Position numbers and translations under genes: made by a program
NCBI GenBank assembly: GCA_054600435.1
Contig: BAAIJX010000021.1
Location: 310,001 to 374,000 of the forward strand
Direction: 5' to 3'
Source: Neophaeotheca triangularis
Lineage: Eukaryota
Length of the DNA: 64,000 nt
Shown: in pieces, positions 23,753 through 36,365 of the stretch
Layout: every line of letters begins with the position of its first letter
Numbering within the stretch: the stretch's first letter is position 1
The notes under the pieces: model-generated
Seen by the model: only the letters and a program-made list of their open reading frames with translations
Database searches by the model: none
Told to the model about the DNA's origin: nothing

Positions 23753-24170
23753 AATAATTGACTCGGGTTCCACTTGTGACTATTGCCAGCTCGTGTTGGC
23801 GCAAAAGTAAGAAGCATAAGTAAGGTAAAGTCGTCGGGCGGCATCATGGACGGTAGCGATGATAGGGAGTACTGGGCTGTACCTATATCAACGGGGGTAT
23901 CGGAGAGCTGTTGACTCCGTCCCCGCTCACTTGGTAAAGGTAATCTCGGATGCAGCAGTGCTTGGCGAAGGATGCGAATGCGAGCACCAATGGAGAGCTT
24001 GGAAACACAGCTGCCTGATAAGCCACTCGAGCGGCCGACTGTAATTGAAAACTCCGGTTCCGTTCCAGTTGAGGAGCAGCAAACGGATGATAATAAGAAT
24101 GGGTACATACGACAATGACGAGCCGTGAAAAGGTTAGGTATTTCGAGAAACGCTCCAAACCATTCATCAC

Positions 24171-25014
24171 CTATGCCGTCTTCGCCCAAGCAGCGTACAG
24201 CCCGATCAAACTGCTTACTGTTCCAGCCAAACCCACGATGCCGTCGTCGAGGTTGACGATTCCCAAGTTGCTGCTGGGCACAGTCAAGTCGCACATGTCC
24301 GAAAGGAGCTGCAGCTGGACCGTCGCTCGTTCCCTGCGTGTGAATAGATGGTCAGCAATTGCACCATTCGTTGTAGCGGTCCAAGAATAACACATCACGT
24401 ACTTCTCCAACTTCTTGACCTCGACCGCCTTCTCGGCGTCGGCACTGTCCCTCTGCTCCTTCGCCCTCTGCTGCAGACCGTACAGCGTGTACACGCCCGC
24501 AATGACATTGCACATCAACCCCGCAAACCACGCCCGGTAACCCTCCCTCTGCATCCACGCAGCGCTGTCGAACTTCTTGATGCCCACGACATCCGGGTAG
24601 GACAAGGTATCCAAAGACATGTAGAAGGCGTAACCCAGCTGGCGGCCGATGGAAAGGTACCTCAGCACGGGGTCAAGGCCCTTGGTATCGGCGGCTACGG
24701 CGGCAGCCTTGAAGTGCTCAACGAACTTGCCGATGCGCATCGCTTTGCGGACATTGCCAAAGTTCTTCTTGACGTTGTTGAAGACATCGACGGTGGCTTG
24801 AGGGGAGTTGGTGCGGTAGGTGTACCACGCGAGGAAGCGCGAGAAGTATTGGATGGTTCGGAGGGTCTTGTCACGACCGACTATCGCGAAACTGTGTCAG
24901 TCTATGCGTGGCTCGTAGTCGAACGTGGAGCGGTCTTTCCATACTTGTCGTAGCGACAAATCTGTTGTAGTGAGCCACCGCTGGGTGGTAAACAAGCGCG
25001 TCTGCAACGGCCAT
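24171..25014 (-). CDS. PEX11: Peroxisomal biogenesis factor 11
   Basis: MAVADALVYHPAVAHYNRFVATT|..GRDKTLRTIQYFSRFLAWY...RKAMRIGKFVEH...DDGIVGLAGTVSSLIG; 2 introns. Confidence 0.95.
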
Positions 25015-26518
25015 CTTGACTTGCTGCCAGTCGAGTTTCGAGGCCCAGCCGAATAGCAGCGCAAATCTTCGGGATCTCACGGTGAGAGATTGATTAGACG
25101 GAGAGAGTGGTGTTGAATGGAGGGTTCATGTAGAGCCTGGACAAAAGAACAAACACTATTTCATGAGCTCAAGGAGACTCTCCCTCACAGTTCACTGCCC
25201 TCACTACTTCTGCGGGCATGTGATGACCTCGGTTGCGAATACCCAAGCAAGTTTCAATTGCCGATGCAATACTGTAATGTCATTAGACCACTTACATTCT
25301 CGGCATACCTTACCAGGGAGGTGTTTGTCTCTCCGCACGTGCTCGACGGCTTTCTGCCCGTCAGATATCTCAAGGCGGTGAGAGATTGGGTGAAGTCCGG
25401 TGTTGACGGCCATGTGATCAACCGATTGAGTACATCCAAGACTAAGATATTCGGCGCAGTCGAATGTTGGCAGTGACCGCAATTCACACTATCCGACACG
25501 AAAGCGCTTCTCTCAGATACCCATCCTCGAAGAAAGGCCTTCCAACGAAAAAGGTGATGTCGGCACGGGAGTGCAAGGGCCATCTGAATCTGCCAAGCCC
25601 GCAGCATCCCCAAAGACGACTTCAACTTCGAACACTGGGCAGCGACAGCAGCTTTCATAGAGGACTAACGCCCCAAACATGGCGAAGAAGGGTACGCCCA
25701 ACCCGTTTAAACCGACCCTTCCTCTATCCAAACTGCTAACGACCCTCTGCAGCCAAATCACGCACCATCGCGGTGCGCCTCATGTCCATGGCGCTGACCG
25801 GCTACTACAAAACCTTTGTTCGACCTCGCCAACACCGTCCACTTAGCATGCTTAAGTATGATCCAGTTGGTGAGTAGTATAGTATAACAGCGACTGTGGA
25901 CCTGGTGCGGCGTGCTGATGGAGTGGAATGCAGTAAAGAAGAAGGTCCTGTTCCTCGAGGCGAAGCGCGGGAAATGAGGTGGCCACCGATTAGCTCCCTT
26001 TCCGCACGGATTCGACCACTACGACTGTAGCTTTCCGATCCGCGCGCCGGACGATATCTCATGCCAGATCTTCCGGTCCTGAGGAGCGGGGAGGGTGCAG
26101 TTCCTGGGGAAGGAATGGCTCTGCAATGAAAGCAGGGTGTTAGCTAGAAGAGATGGGCCGCAGCTGGGCATTACTTTGATACCCGAACCACATAGAAGCC
26201 TAGGGGCGGCAAGCGCACTTCATGTACGATGAGATATGATGGAGGCAATGCCAGGTACAAGACCATAGAGTCTGGCTACTGCTGTACTATAGCTGTACAA
26301 AATTGCGTTACTCGAAGCAAAGTCGAAGCCACTCGGCACACACGTTCATCTTCTCGCGCAACAGCTATCAGCAAATCCTACCAATCCACACTGATTTGCG
26401 TCCATCTCATAGCCGCCATCGATAGCAAACAGCAAAAGCATACCGAACCTTGGTATGACCCCTTTTGCAGCGACCGGTCTAGCAGCAAAACGAGCCCTCC
26501 CAACGCAACTTCGCCGAT

Positions 26519-29500
26519 CTAACGGCGCTCTTGCGAGAAGCGAGCATTCATCTCATCACCTGTGGCTTGTCAGTGTGCACGTCTCAAGTCGACAGCGATC
26601 TACGCAAACTCACCCTTCGACTGGTTCTTCGAGCGTCTTTTGCCACTCATGGTACCACTCTGCCCGGATAAGTTGAGCATACGCGACTGGGAGGCCGCTT
26701 TTCTGGGTGTGTGGAAATTGCTGCCAGTGCGCTTCAAGGTTGCAGGCACCGGAGGCAGATCCTTGATAGACTGCCGCTGTCTCGTGTGCTGCGACGGGGG
26801 CGACGTAGCTGCCACTGGCGTTTTGCTCGTACGCTGAATCTTCCTTCCCGGTCCTTCAGCGTCAGCACTGACGCGTGCGGGCGTGCTCGACTTGCGTTTG
26901 ACCGGAACAGTCGACTGCGTGGACTTTTGTAGGAGGCGTGGATCGATGGTTCCCGGTGCGCTGGGAGTATGGGACACCTGGGGAGCATTCCGAGCACTGC
27001 CCTGAGAGTGGTATGTGGTCGTGCGTTGGACGACATTCGTTTGAGACGCCACGAAAGCTGGCGAGCTGCTTTGATCTTGTTGGTCGACTGACAGTTGACG
27101 GTGCTCTCGAGTATCATCGTCTTCGTCGAAGGTATGTTCCGTGGCCAGAACACGATGGCTATGCACTGCGGGTGTCCCAACAGAAGCCTGCGACCGCCGT
27201 TTAGAGGCGCTATTCGGTTGGACTGTAGGCTTGTTACGAATGAGCTCGTCACGCTGACTCTGGTTGTTCAAGGCCAGCCCATCCCTGGATAAGCGATCAG
27301 GAACCTGACTGTCTTCATAGATATCCAGTTCGGTCTGTCTGTGAGGCGGAAGCGAGCCTCTTGCTTTGGAATCTCGATCCAGCTCGGAAAGCTTCCCACG
27401 TAGCGTTGGGGACACATGGGTCTCTCGGAGTGCTTGCTGGGTCTCTTCGACCACCGGACCAGGCTGGTGTTGGTACTCAGTGTGGTTGTGAGGAGGCAGC
27501 GAGTCAAACATGATCTGAGAACTTCCAGGCAGATTGTCAAGCAGCATCTCCGTGCCATCAGATGGCTGTCGGGCGATTTGTGTGAACATTCCAATTCGTC
27601 CGTCTGCCAGTCGGGCCCCTTCAGTGGATTCGGTTCCCTCAACAATAGGCCCTCGAGACGCTTGTTGACGATCTACCTTCTTGCGCTGCCTCCTCGGCTG
27701 GCTGGCATTGGACGTTGCCTCCGAGTGAAGACTTCGCTGCGAAACCACCTCTTGGCTTGCCATGACTCCGCTGTCGGCCTTACTTTGCGTCAGTGACATT
27801 GACAGCTCGGGCAACTGGACCTCTTGGGAGCGATCCTGACGTCCAGCCTCTCCGACTGCTTCGGTTTGTTCCTCCCGCATACGCTCGACACTGATCATGG
27901 CCTGGTCGCGCCCGGTTTCTGCCTTTTGTAAGCTGTCCTTCAAATTCTTCAGCTCCCTCTCGAATCGATTCTGTTCAGTATCGCGAAGGCTCTCGGCTTT
28001 TTCAAGTCGCACCTCTACTTCCCTGATAGCATCGTCCTTCGCGGTCTGCAGCTTGGTGGTTTTGGCTGTAAGCTGCTTGATCTGTTCACTGAGCCGAGAG
28101 TGCTCCGCCTGTACGTCTTGATAGATGCTTTCACTGACGTGGTCGATGTTGGCTTTGTGCTGCGCTTTCATACGATCAATACCACTTGTCATGGCTGATT
28201 CACTCTCGCGAAGCTGCTGCAAGTCGTTCTTGCACTGCTTCTCAGACGCTTGAACCTCGCTCAGATGCCGATGCACCTCACTCAGCTTCTGCAAAGCAGA
28301 CGTCTTCTGCGTATTTGACTCTGCCAACTGGCTCTTTTGAGTGGTGAGCTCCGCTGCCAAACTGTCGTTTGCGGCTTGCAAAGAGGCCGCATCAGCATGC
28401 GACTTCTGCAGGTTCTCGAGATTTTGAGACAGATTGCGTACACGGTCCTCAAGAGCCTGTGCAGATGACTTGGTACCTTCGAGATCCTTGATGGCTCGCT
28501 CCTTCTGCTGCTTGATCTTGTTGTCATGTTCGGCCTTCAAACCCGCCTGCGTTTTTTTGGAGACAGCTGACATCTCGCGTTCCTTGTTGGCAACCGCCTG
28601 AACAATTTCGCCTCGAAGCTCCTGTTTCTCATGGTCAAAGTTGGCCGAGGCGTCTTCGAGGACTTTGATGCGATCCTGTAGAGGACGGACGCTGTCCTGC
28701 AGTTCTTTGATGGTAGCGTTGGCTTCCGTCAATTCTTTTCCTTTGATCGTGAGTTCAGTCTGACGGGCTTCGAGCAATGCTTCCTTGTCTAGAAGGGTCC
28801 CGTGAGGTTCGTTAACTGGTCGAGATGAGTCCGGCAGGGATCGAGGCGCCACAGTGGCCTCGAGACTCTGTATCTTCTCTTTCAGCTGGCCAATCTCGTT
28901 CTGCAGACTGGCCGATTTTGCCTGCTCCGCGATAATCACTGCACCCCTCGCTTCAATCTCATCGCGCAGTTTCGAGACCTGCTCTTTGTCGGTTGCCAAG
29001 CCTTCCTGCTGTGTTGTGAAAAATTTCAGTGAGGCGTCGATGGAACCGAGAATTCTGGTACAGCCGGCCTTAAGGCCTTCAATGGCATGGTTCGTAGCCT
29101 GGCCGGCGTCTTTGCTGATACTTTACCGGTGTCAGTTTTTGCTCTGCTTTTGGCATTGTCTGCACACTTACCTGGCGTCGAGTCTCTCGACGGAAACCCT
29201 CACATCAACGAGCTCTTGAGGGACGCCTTTGGTCGCTTGAACGGCCTGCTCCAGTTCGCGACGAAGGTTACCCACAGCCAGCGTTTGGTCCTCGCGAAAC
29301 TGCTTAACGTTGTTGTCAATTTGCTCGAAGCGCTTGGTCGCGTCCGCGAGGGATTGACGGTTGTCAGCAAAGAAGGACCTTGCTTCGTCGTTGATGCCGC
29401 CCACAGAGAGCCACTGCTCCATCTGCTGCTCAAGCGTTGCGCATCGGCCACGCTCTTCTGACAGAAGAACGTTCTTCACGTGAATCTCGGACGTAAGGGA

Positions 29501-31167
29501 CTTGTTCTCCTTCTTCAACTCCTCCAAGCTTGCCTCAAAACCCTGACGCAGGGTAGCCAATTGCCCCTTCAAGGTCGTGTACCGGCTTCCGAGCTCGGTA
29601 CACATCCGGGTAGCGGCTTCAACTTTGGCAGCGGCCTCAGCTGTTGGCAACTCTTTCATTCCGTCGTCGGCCGCTTTCGCGTGGGCCTTTAGCTGCGTCA
29701 TGTCGCGCCCAAGGCCGTTGAGAAACTTGCGACACTTTTCGGCCTTAGCCTTGCATTTGTCTTTGAGCTCACGAGTTTTGGTTTCGAGTCTACGTTCAGA
29801 CTCGCCAAGGTCAAGTTCCGCTTTCTCCTTTCCTTTGATAGCTTCTTCCAGCTGCGATCGCCAAATCAGGTGGTCTTGAAAATGTTTTGCATGCAATTCC
29901 CGCTCCGCCTCTTTCACCATGAAATTCATGAAGTTCTGCCAGTTGTAGACAGTGGAGTTTTCCCCAACAGGCTCACTGCAGCGCGTGAACTCAGCGGACT
30001 GCACGTCCATCCCCCCTTCCACAGGGTTTGTGCGGTCGTGATCTTGCTCCCAAGTGGAGGGCGTAGGCTGGAAGGCGAATGCGCGTTCCGCCGAGGCACA
30101 TTGTTCAGGGTGACAAACGGTCTCTGGTGCCAGATCTTCTGCAGTCGCTTGCTCTGGCTGTTGCTCGAGATCGATGCATACTTCGTTGCCATGGTCGGCG
30201 GGAGAGTCTATCATGTGGACATCGCTCGAAGTACCATTCGCACCGTCATGCGAAGCTGTCGTACTGTCGAAGACGATGTCGTTCATTTGTTCCTGGTCGA
30301 AGTTCCCGGAGAGATTGTCTGTCGGCTGTCTTAGCCCGTAGGACCTGTGTGAATGCTCGTTGTGCAGAGCCTTTCCATTGTCGCTCTCGTTGCCGTCGTT
30401 CGAAACTGCTTGGATAGCTGGCGTTTCGGAACCTATCTCAATGTTGTTCGGGTGATGCGCAGCTGATACATAATCGGATACATCTTCCGCTGATAGATTG
30501 TCAGTGATGAGCTCTCTAAGGGCGGGAATCAGGTAGACAAACCTTGATCGATGGCTGAAGCTTGCTTGAGGTGCTTCTTAACTGGATGAGCAGACCGTGC
30601 AGATGAAGTCTTCTGCCGTTTGCTCAAGATATAGTCGAGCTTCGGCGGTGTGAAGCGACGGTATTGCAGTCCCGCGAACCCCTCCGTGGCTCCCTTGATA
30701 GGCGCATTTGGGGTGGACGGAGGTTCTGTGACCGCTAATTCTTCAGTCTGCCCGCCGCAAAGCTCTTTACTAACCACAACCTCTTCTTCGGCTTGCTGAA
30801 CAGGCGCGTTCCGAGTGAACAGAGGCTCTGTAAACGCTGCACCTTCGGTTTTCTCACGATGACGCTGGGTACGCAGCATAACCTCTTTGTTGATATTCGC
30901 CATCTCCGCGTCCTCTTGAGCTTGGGCCGCTCTCGACAGATCACTGTGATCGGTGCCTGCCGTTGTAGGACGGTCATCGTCAGTCTCGTGTTGGCGGAAA
31001 CGGGGATCGTTCTCGGTCTCTCCGGTCTTGATCGGGACTGTGCTCGTGAAGGTAGCCTCGCGATAGTCGTCTTCAGTATCCTCGAATTGCTGGGCATAGT
31101 CCTTGCCCACATCACAATCGCTTTCCGTCGACTCTGGGCTCCCCAGCTGATCACTTGAATGCTCCAT
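26519..31167 (-). CDS. Large (~1500 aa) coiled-coil protein with disordered termini (4 exons)
   Basis: ORFs 30529-31167, 29168-30286 and 26600-28999 join in frame via introns at ~30491-30542, ~29120-29171 and ~26560-26613. It has a long heptad-rich middle and ends GDEMNARFSQERR*. Confidence 0.85.
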
Positions 31168-32491
31168 GCCTGGCGCTAAGCTCGACGGTGAGCCCTGGAG
31201 CGCTCTCAGTGGCGAACAGCGTGCGGCAGGGGGGGTGTGATCCGCAAGACAATGACAATCCGGAAGCGTGTCGAGTGAAGGTTGACTGTAGAAGTAATGG
31301 CGATGGAAAGGTGTGTAGGCGCGCGAGAAGCTCTGGGAGTGAGGTCCAGACTAAGTTTTGTCGCTCACTCATGGCAAGCACCTACCGTTGCTCTTTCCTT
31401 CTCTAAATACAGCCACGCGCCATGCTGATGAACTACCTAGGTAAGGTACCTAGGTAGAAGCCGACGTCGCCGGATACCTTGAGGTTACCCACGTCCGTAG
31501 CAAATGGGCATCCGTATGGGTAGTAATCTTTCGAGCACGTAACATCCGTGCGTTTGGCGTAGGGGCAGCCTCACTTACACTCTTGTTTGTCACCTGACAA
31601 AGCCATCACGGGGGTCTTTCTCCGACTAATAGCAGAACACCTCAGGTCCTTCTTTTGAGAATATTTTGATAGCCGCAGGATACCACTCGACATCCATTAC
31701 CACAAAGGACCGCGTTCAGGTAGCGACCGATCACAGCGGACATAGGTGGCGTGTCGGTGATCAGATCAGCCCAACGCTCAACTTCTCGATGTCAATTAGA
31801 TACAGAATTGATATCGAGCTGTCCCTCTCTTTAACTGCCCTCGCACCGTAAGAAGGCATTCTCGCGGACAGCGACGAAAGAAGGCTTCTGATGGCACACG
31901 CTGCGAAGGATGGCTCGATGAAGTTGGACGACATACAAGTTCTCGGGCGACAGCCTCGTGAGCTGTGCAGTCTCTGGCACCGGGAGCTATGTCTAGTAGT
32001 GTGAACGTCTTTCATTATCAACGGAAGAGGTTGCACCCAACTTCAGGCCGGCCGGCCTGACGAAAGGTCGCGATGCATCTTGGCGAAAACGCGACGCTCG
32101 GACATTTGAAGGTTGCCCAATGGAAGCGCCCATCCCGTCTCGTCACCTTCTTGCTAGCCGCCGACGTACCTGGACATCTCTGTCTTCTATTCGTAGAATC
32201 TCTTTATTGGATTGATCATGTTTCTATCGTAGTCCATGTCTGCACATCACATTGAGTGGACGAGGTGGCGTCCCTGAGCACAACAGGCCCGGCGCTTCCA
32301 CACCCCAAAGGTTAGCAATGGTAGAGGGACCTTAGATGTTCATCTCAGAGCCTACTTTCTGTGCTCGCTCTCTTCGTAGAAGGTAGGATTCCGATTACTA
32401 TCACTTTGTTCTCTCACGATCACTTAGGAGCAACTCCGAGCGCTGGCAGCTCCGTTGTATCTTCCTCCGAAAACAATCAATCACCGCAAAT

Positions 32492-33309
32492 ATGAGAGGA
32501 CAGTACTTGTCTGTACTGCCCCTCTTCCTGGCTCGCGCGCAATGGTCGTTTGCCCAAGAAACCACGGTCTACATCACAGTCTACCCTTCCTCCGAACCAT
32601 CAGCCGCCCCGACACAAGCAACCCGTTCGGTGTCACACGCGGAATCATCCACCGACTCCAGGCCGTCCGTAGCCAGCGCGACTGGGCTTTCATGGTCCTC
32701 ATCGCCAAAGGCCCAAGCAATTTCTACCACTGCCTCAGTCCCTATGACCGGAACTGAGGAGATTCCTACCGAGTACACTTCGTCTGGGGCCGACAGAATT
32801 GACGTGGACGCCGGTGCTTCTGGCGGAGACAGCTCATCATACGACTTGAGCACTGGAGGGATGATAGCGATCATCATAGTAGTCGTTGCCGTGGCAGTAT
32901 TTGGCAGTATGTGTCTCTCAACATCCACCTTTTGCCAGACCATTCAAGCTAATGTTCGAACTCAGTCGCAAGCACAGTCCTCTTTTTCTTGGCCAAAAGG
33001 CGACAATGGAACGTCAGGGCCTCCGTCGCTCGTTTCAGCCGTCGCATCACAGGCCGCACGCCTACCACTTCCAAGTTCCCGAACGATGCTCGCTCCCGGC
33101 GTACTGGAATCATGCTCGAGAGCCCGCGGCGACCGCAGACCAGACGCGGCGAGACTGGGGGCGTGAAAGCGGTTTATCCCCCCGGGCACAAGCAGCCTGT
33201 TGCTGTGAACGTCAACGATGTCGAGAAGGGGCAGGGACGGAACCCAAGCGACTCAGGCTCGGAAGCTACCACATGGAAACAGAGGCTTATGGGCAACAGT
33301 TGGAAGTAG
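32492..33309 (+). CDS. Single-pass membrane protein, Ser/Thr-rich ectodomain (Mid2-like architecture)
   Basis: Signal peptide, S/T-rich region, TM helix MIAIIIVVVAVAVFG|IASTVLFFLAKRRQW; intron ~32908-32965. Confidence 0.82.
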
Positions 33310-34890
33310 AGGTGTTTGAGTGATTGAGAAATGATGGCGTTCTGGGTCGTTGATGAGTGAATGTTTTCGATTACCTACCTAGGTAGGGGCGACCCGACTT
33401 GCATTGGCTGTACGGTACAACATTGCAGCTGCGTGTTGTTCAATTTGGCGGTTCAAATTGTTCCATAAACCCTACCAAACTGCGCGTTTCCGCAATCGCG
33501 ACTGGGTGACCTGCCTGGAATTCTACTTGCATATAAGGTAGTGACCTTTAATCTAGTAGTACTGGCGAATTCATTTTAATCATTCTACCCTAACCCTACC
33601 TGGGTACCTAAATGGGCCCCTACGGCAGAGTTTGTTGGGCTAATTGTCATCGGATAACCCCTCTGCTGGAGTAAAGTGACCCACGAGAGGATGGTCTTTC
33701 TAATAAACAGTAAAGGTGACGCTGCATACTGGGATCGATTTTGAGTTTGAGTTCGTCCAGCAGCAGCTCTGCCTTGTGAAGAACCATTGCACCTGCATGG
33801 CCTCAACATGATTCTTCACGTGCAAAGTGGATCATGACATGAAAAAAGTGCTATATCAGCATCTGTTCCAGCAATATTGGCGATGCAACAACAGCAACAA
33901 GCAAGTACAGTATCCAGGCATCCAGGAAGGTATATCTGTTTTCCGACCTGCCAAAGCTGCGGGTAGCGTTATATATCCCCAGAACTGCCCCTCCAAACCT
34001 CCATGTTTGCGGGCGAAACGGCCTCGGACCTTGTTTTTCCGTCAAACACTCACAACACTCCAGACACTCCTACATCACCCGGATGCTGTAAGTTAAGCCA
34101 ACACGAGCACTGCTGCGAGCACCCTTTGAGCCTAACGTTCCCGCCAGAGCAGGGCAAAGCTCCCAGCTCGAGATCGGATGCTTTCGTTTCCCCCTCCTAT
34201 GACTGGGCAGCCAAACACCAAACCCCGCAAAGCTACAGAGGTACATTCACGGTCAGATGGGCTACGCATTGGCTATCACGAAAGAGTACAAGACATCGGT
34301 AGCTCTCGAGATGGAGCGTGACCTTGTGCCAGCTCTTTCCGGGTTCTCTCTCGATAATCCGGTTGCGCATCCCTCGACCTTCGTCCTGTTCCTGTTGTTT
34401 CAACCTGCAAAGCCTTCGTCACCGTGAGATTGGTAGCTTTGCGATCAACAAGAGCTTCCGTTTCAACCTCGACTGCTTGCTGCGAGCTCTTTACTAGGAT
34501 ATCGTCTGGTATTTGCCGAGCCCGCTCTCGCTGACTTGATCCTGGTACGTGACCGACCTCACCATTGTTGAGAGTGCGACAGGACGAGTTGAACACTTCT
34601 CGTCACCACAAGAGCCACCACGAGCCTGATATGGGCGGACTGCGCCAGGTTTCCTTGATCTTATCGATCGTTGTAACTGTTCCCTGCAAAGCGAGCTGTG
34701 ATCGTAGCCAGCGAGCACGCACCCACCGTAAATAGTCATCGATACGACGTGGGACTTTCTTGCTGACCGAGTACAAACTGACAGTGCCACTTTGAACCAC
34801 TACCCTGCCAACTTTTCGAGTAGCTGAAGCTGGCTCAACCTACCACTAAACCGCCTCTAAGCTCGAACAACTTCCCACGCTATCGACAAG

Positions 34891-36028
34891 ATGAGCTCCG
34901 CAGTTGAAGCCGTGAGGCAAAAGGGGGAGGCCGCTGTCACTGCTGCGAAGGATGCCGCTGCTGATGCTCCTGCGGCTATACAGAAGGCTGCAGAAAATCC
35001 CAAGAAAGCGAAGTCGGATTTCTTGCATACTCCAATTGTGCGAGCGGCATTACCGTTCTTCAACGGGGGTGTGGCTGGTGAGCAATCCCCGGTGACATTC
35101 AAGACGAGTGGTGGCGCTGACTGAACATGCAGGTATGGTGGCTACCACCGTGATCCAGCCTGTCGACATGATTAAGGTTCGCTTGCAATTGGCCGGCGAG
35201 GGCGTCAAGACTGGTCCAAGACCTACCCCATTCAGTGTCGCTGGGGATGTCATTAAAGCTGGCAGAGTCATGGATCTTTATACCGGGCTTTCGGCCGGTC
35301 TGTTAAGACAAGCAGTCTATACGACCGCTCGCCTCGGGTTTTTCGACACCTTCATGAAATCACTGCAGGTACGGGCCGATGCCAATGGCACGAAGCTTGG
35401 TTTCAAAGAGCGAGCAGGAGCTGGTCTTACAGCCGGAGGTCTGGCCGCTATGGTCGGAAACCCAGCAGATTTGGCTCTGATCAGGATGCAAAGCGATGGC
35501 CTGAAACCTGCCGCAGAGAGGTCCCACTACAAGAGTGTGGTTGATGCCCTCACACGGATAGCAAAGCAAGAGGGCGTGGGCGCTCTCTGGTCTGGCGCGT
35601 TCCCAACAGTCGTAAGAGCAATGGCGCTCAACTTCGGGCAACTGGCATTCTTCTCGGAGGCCAAGTCGCAGCTAAAGGATACCTCGTTGGGTCCTCGGAC
35701 ACAGACACTCACAGCATCGGCCATCGCTGGCTTCTTCGCTTCCTTCTTCAGCTTGCCTTTTGACTTCGTCAAGACCAGGCTCCAGAAGCAGTCCAGGAAG
35801 CCGGACGGAACGCTGCCGTACAAGGGTATGGCCGACTGCTTCCGAAAGGTTGCGAAAGATGAGGGATTGCTGAGGTTTTACCGTGGCTTCTCGACATACT
35901 ATGTGCGCATTGCGCCGCATGCGTAAGTCCCGTTGCGCTCATGTAGGCAAGTAGCTTGCCAGTGCTAACCTTCGCGTAGAATGGTCACGTTGATTGTCGC
36001 CGATTACCTTGGGTTCATCACGAAGTAG
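34891..36028 (+). CDS. Mitochondrial carrier, 2-oxoglutarate/malate (dicarboxylate) type
   Basis: Three PX[DE]XX[KR]XR signatures (PVDMIKVR, PADLALIR, PFDFVKTR), plus LLRQAVYTTARLG and RIAPHA; 2 introns. Confidence 0.92.
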
Positions 36029-36365
36029 GCTCGCAATGGGAGGAGTTTCTTTTTTTGGACAGGGTGCACAGTAAGACATGCTGGAGGCGTAACGGCGTTG
36101 ACGAGAGATCTGGATACCTGAAGGTGATGATTACGGCAGAATAGTAGGAGGTAGTATATACCTTAGGTTTTTAGTAGTATTCCAGTCTGTTTTGTCGGTT
36201 CCACAAGTGCAACCTCTAGGTTCGGCCTTGGCGTCCCTTATCTCCGAGAGCTGGAGCGTGTGCACGCGTCTTTCACAACGCGTCTTCCTATCTCAATCTT
36301 CTAGCACCGGTCTGACAACGTCAAAAGCACCTTGCTCAAACGCCTTCTACGTTAGCCTAAGCGAG

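Noticed and set aside
25117..26100. Short ORFs upstream of PEX11, possibly a decayed gene
   Set aside because: No family could be assigned and no coherent splice model built.
34276..34800. Two minus-strand ORFs in one frame separated by a single TGA (readthrough or pseudogene?)
   Set aside because: No recognisable protein similarity; they overlap the carrier promoter region.
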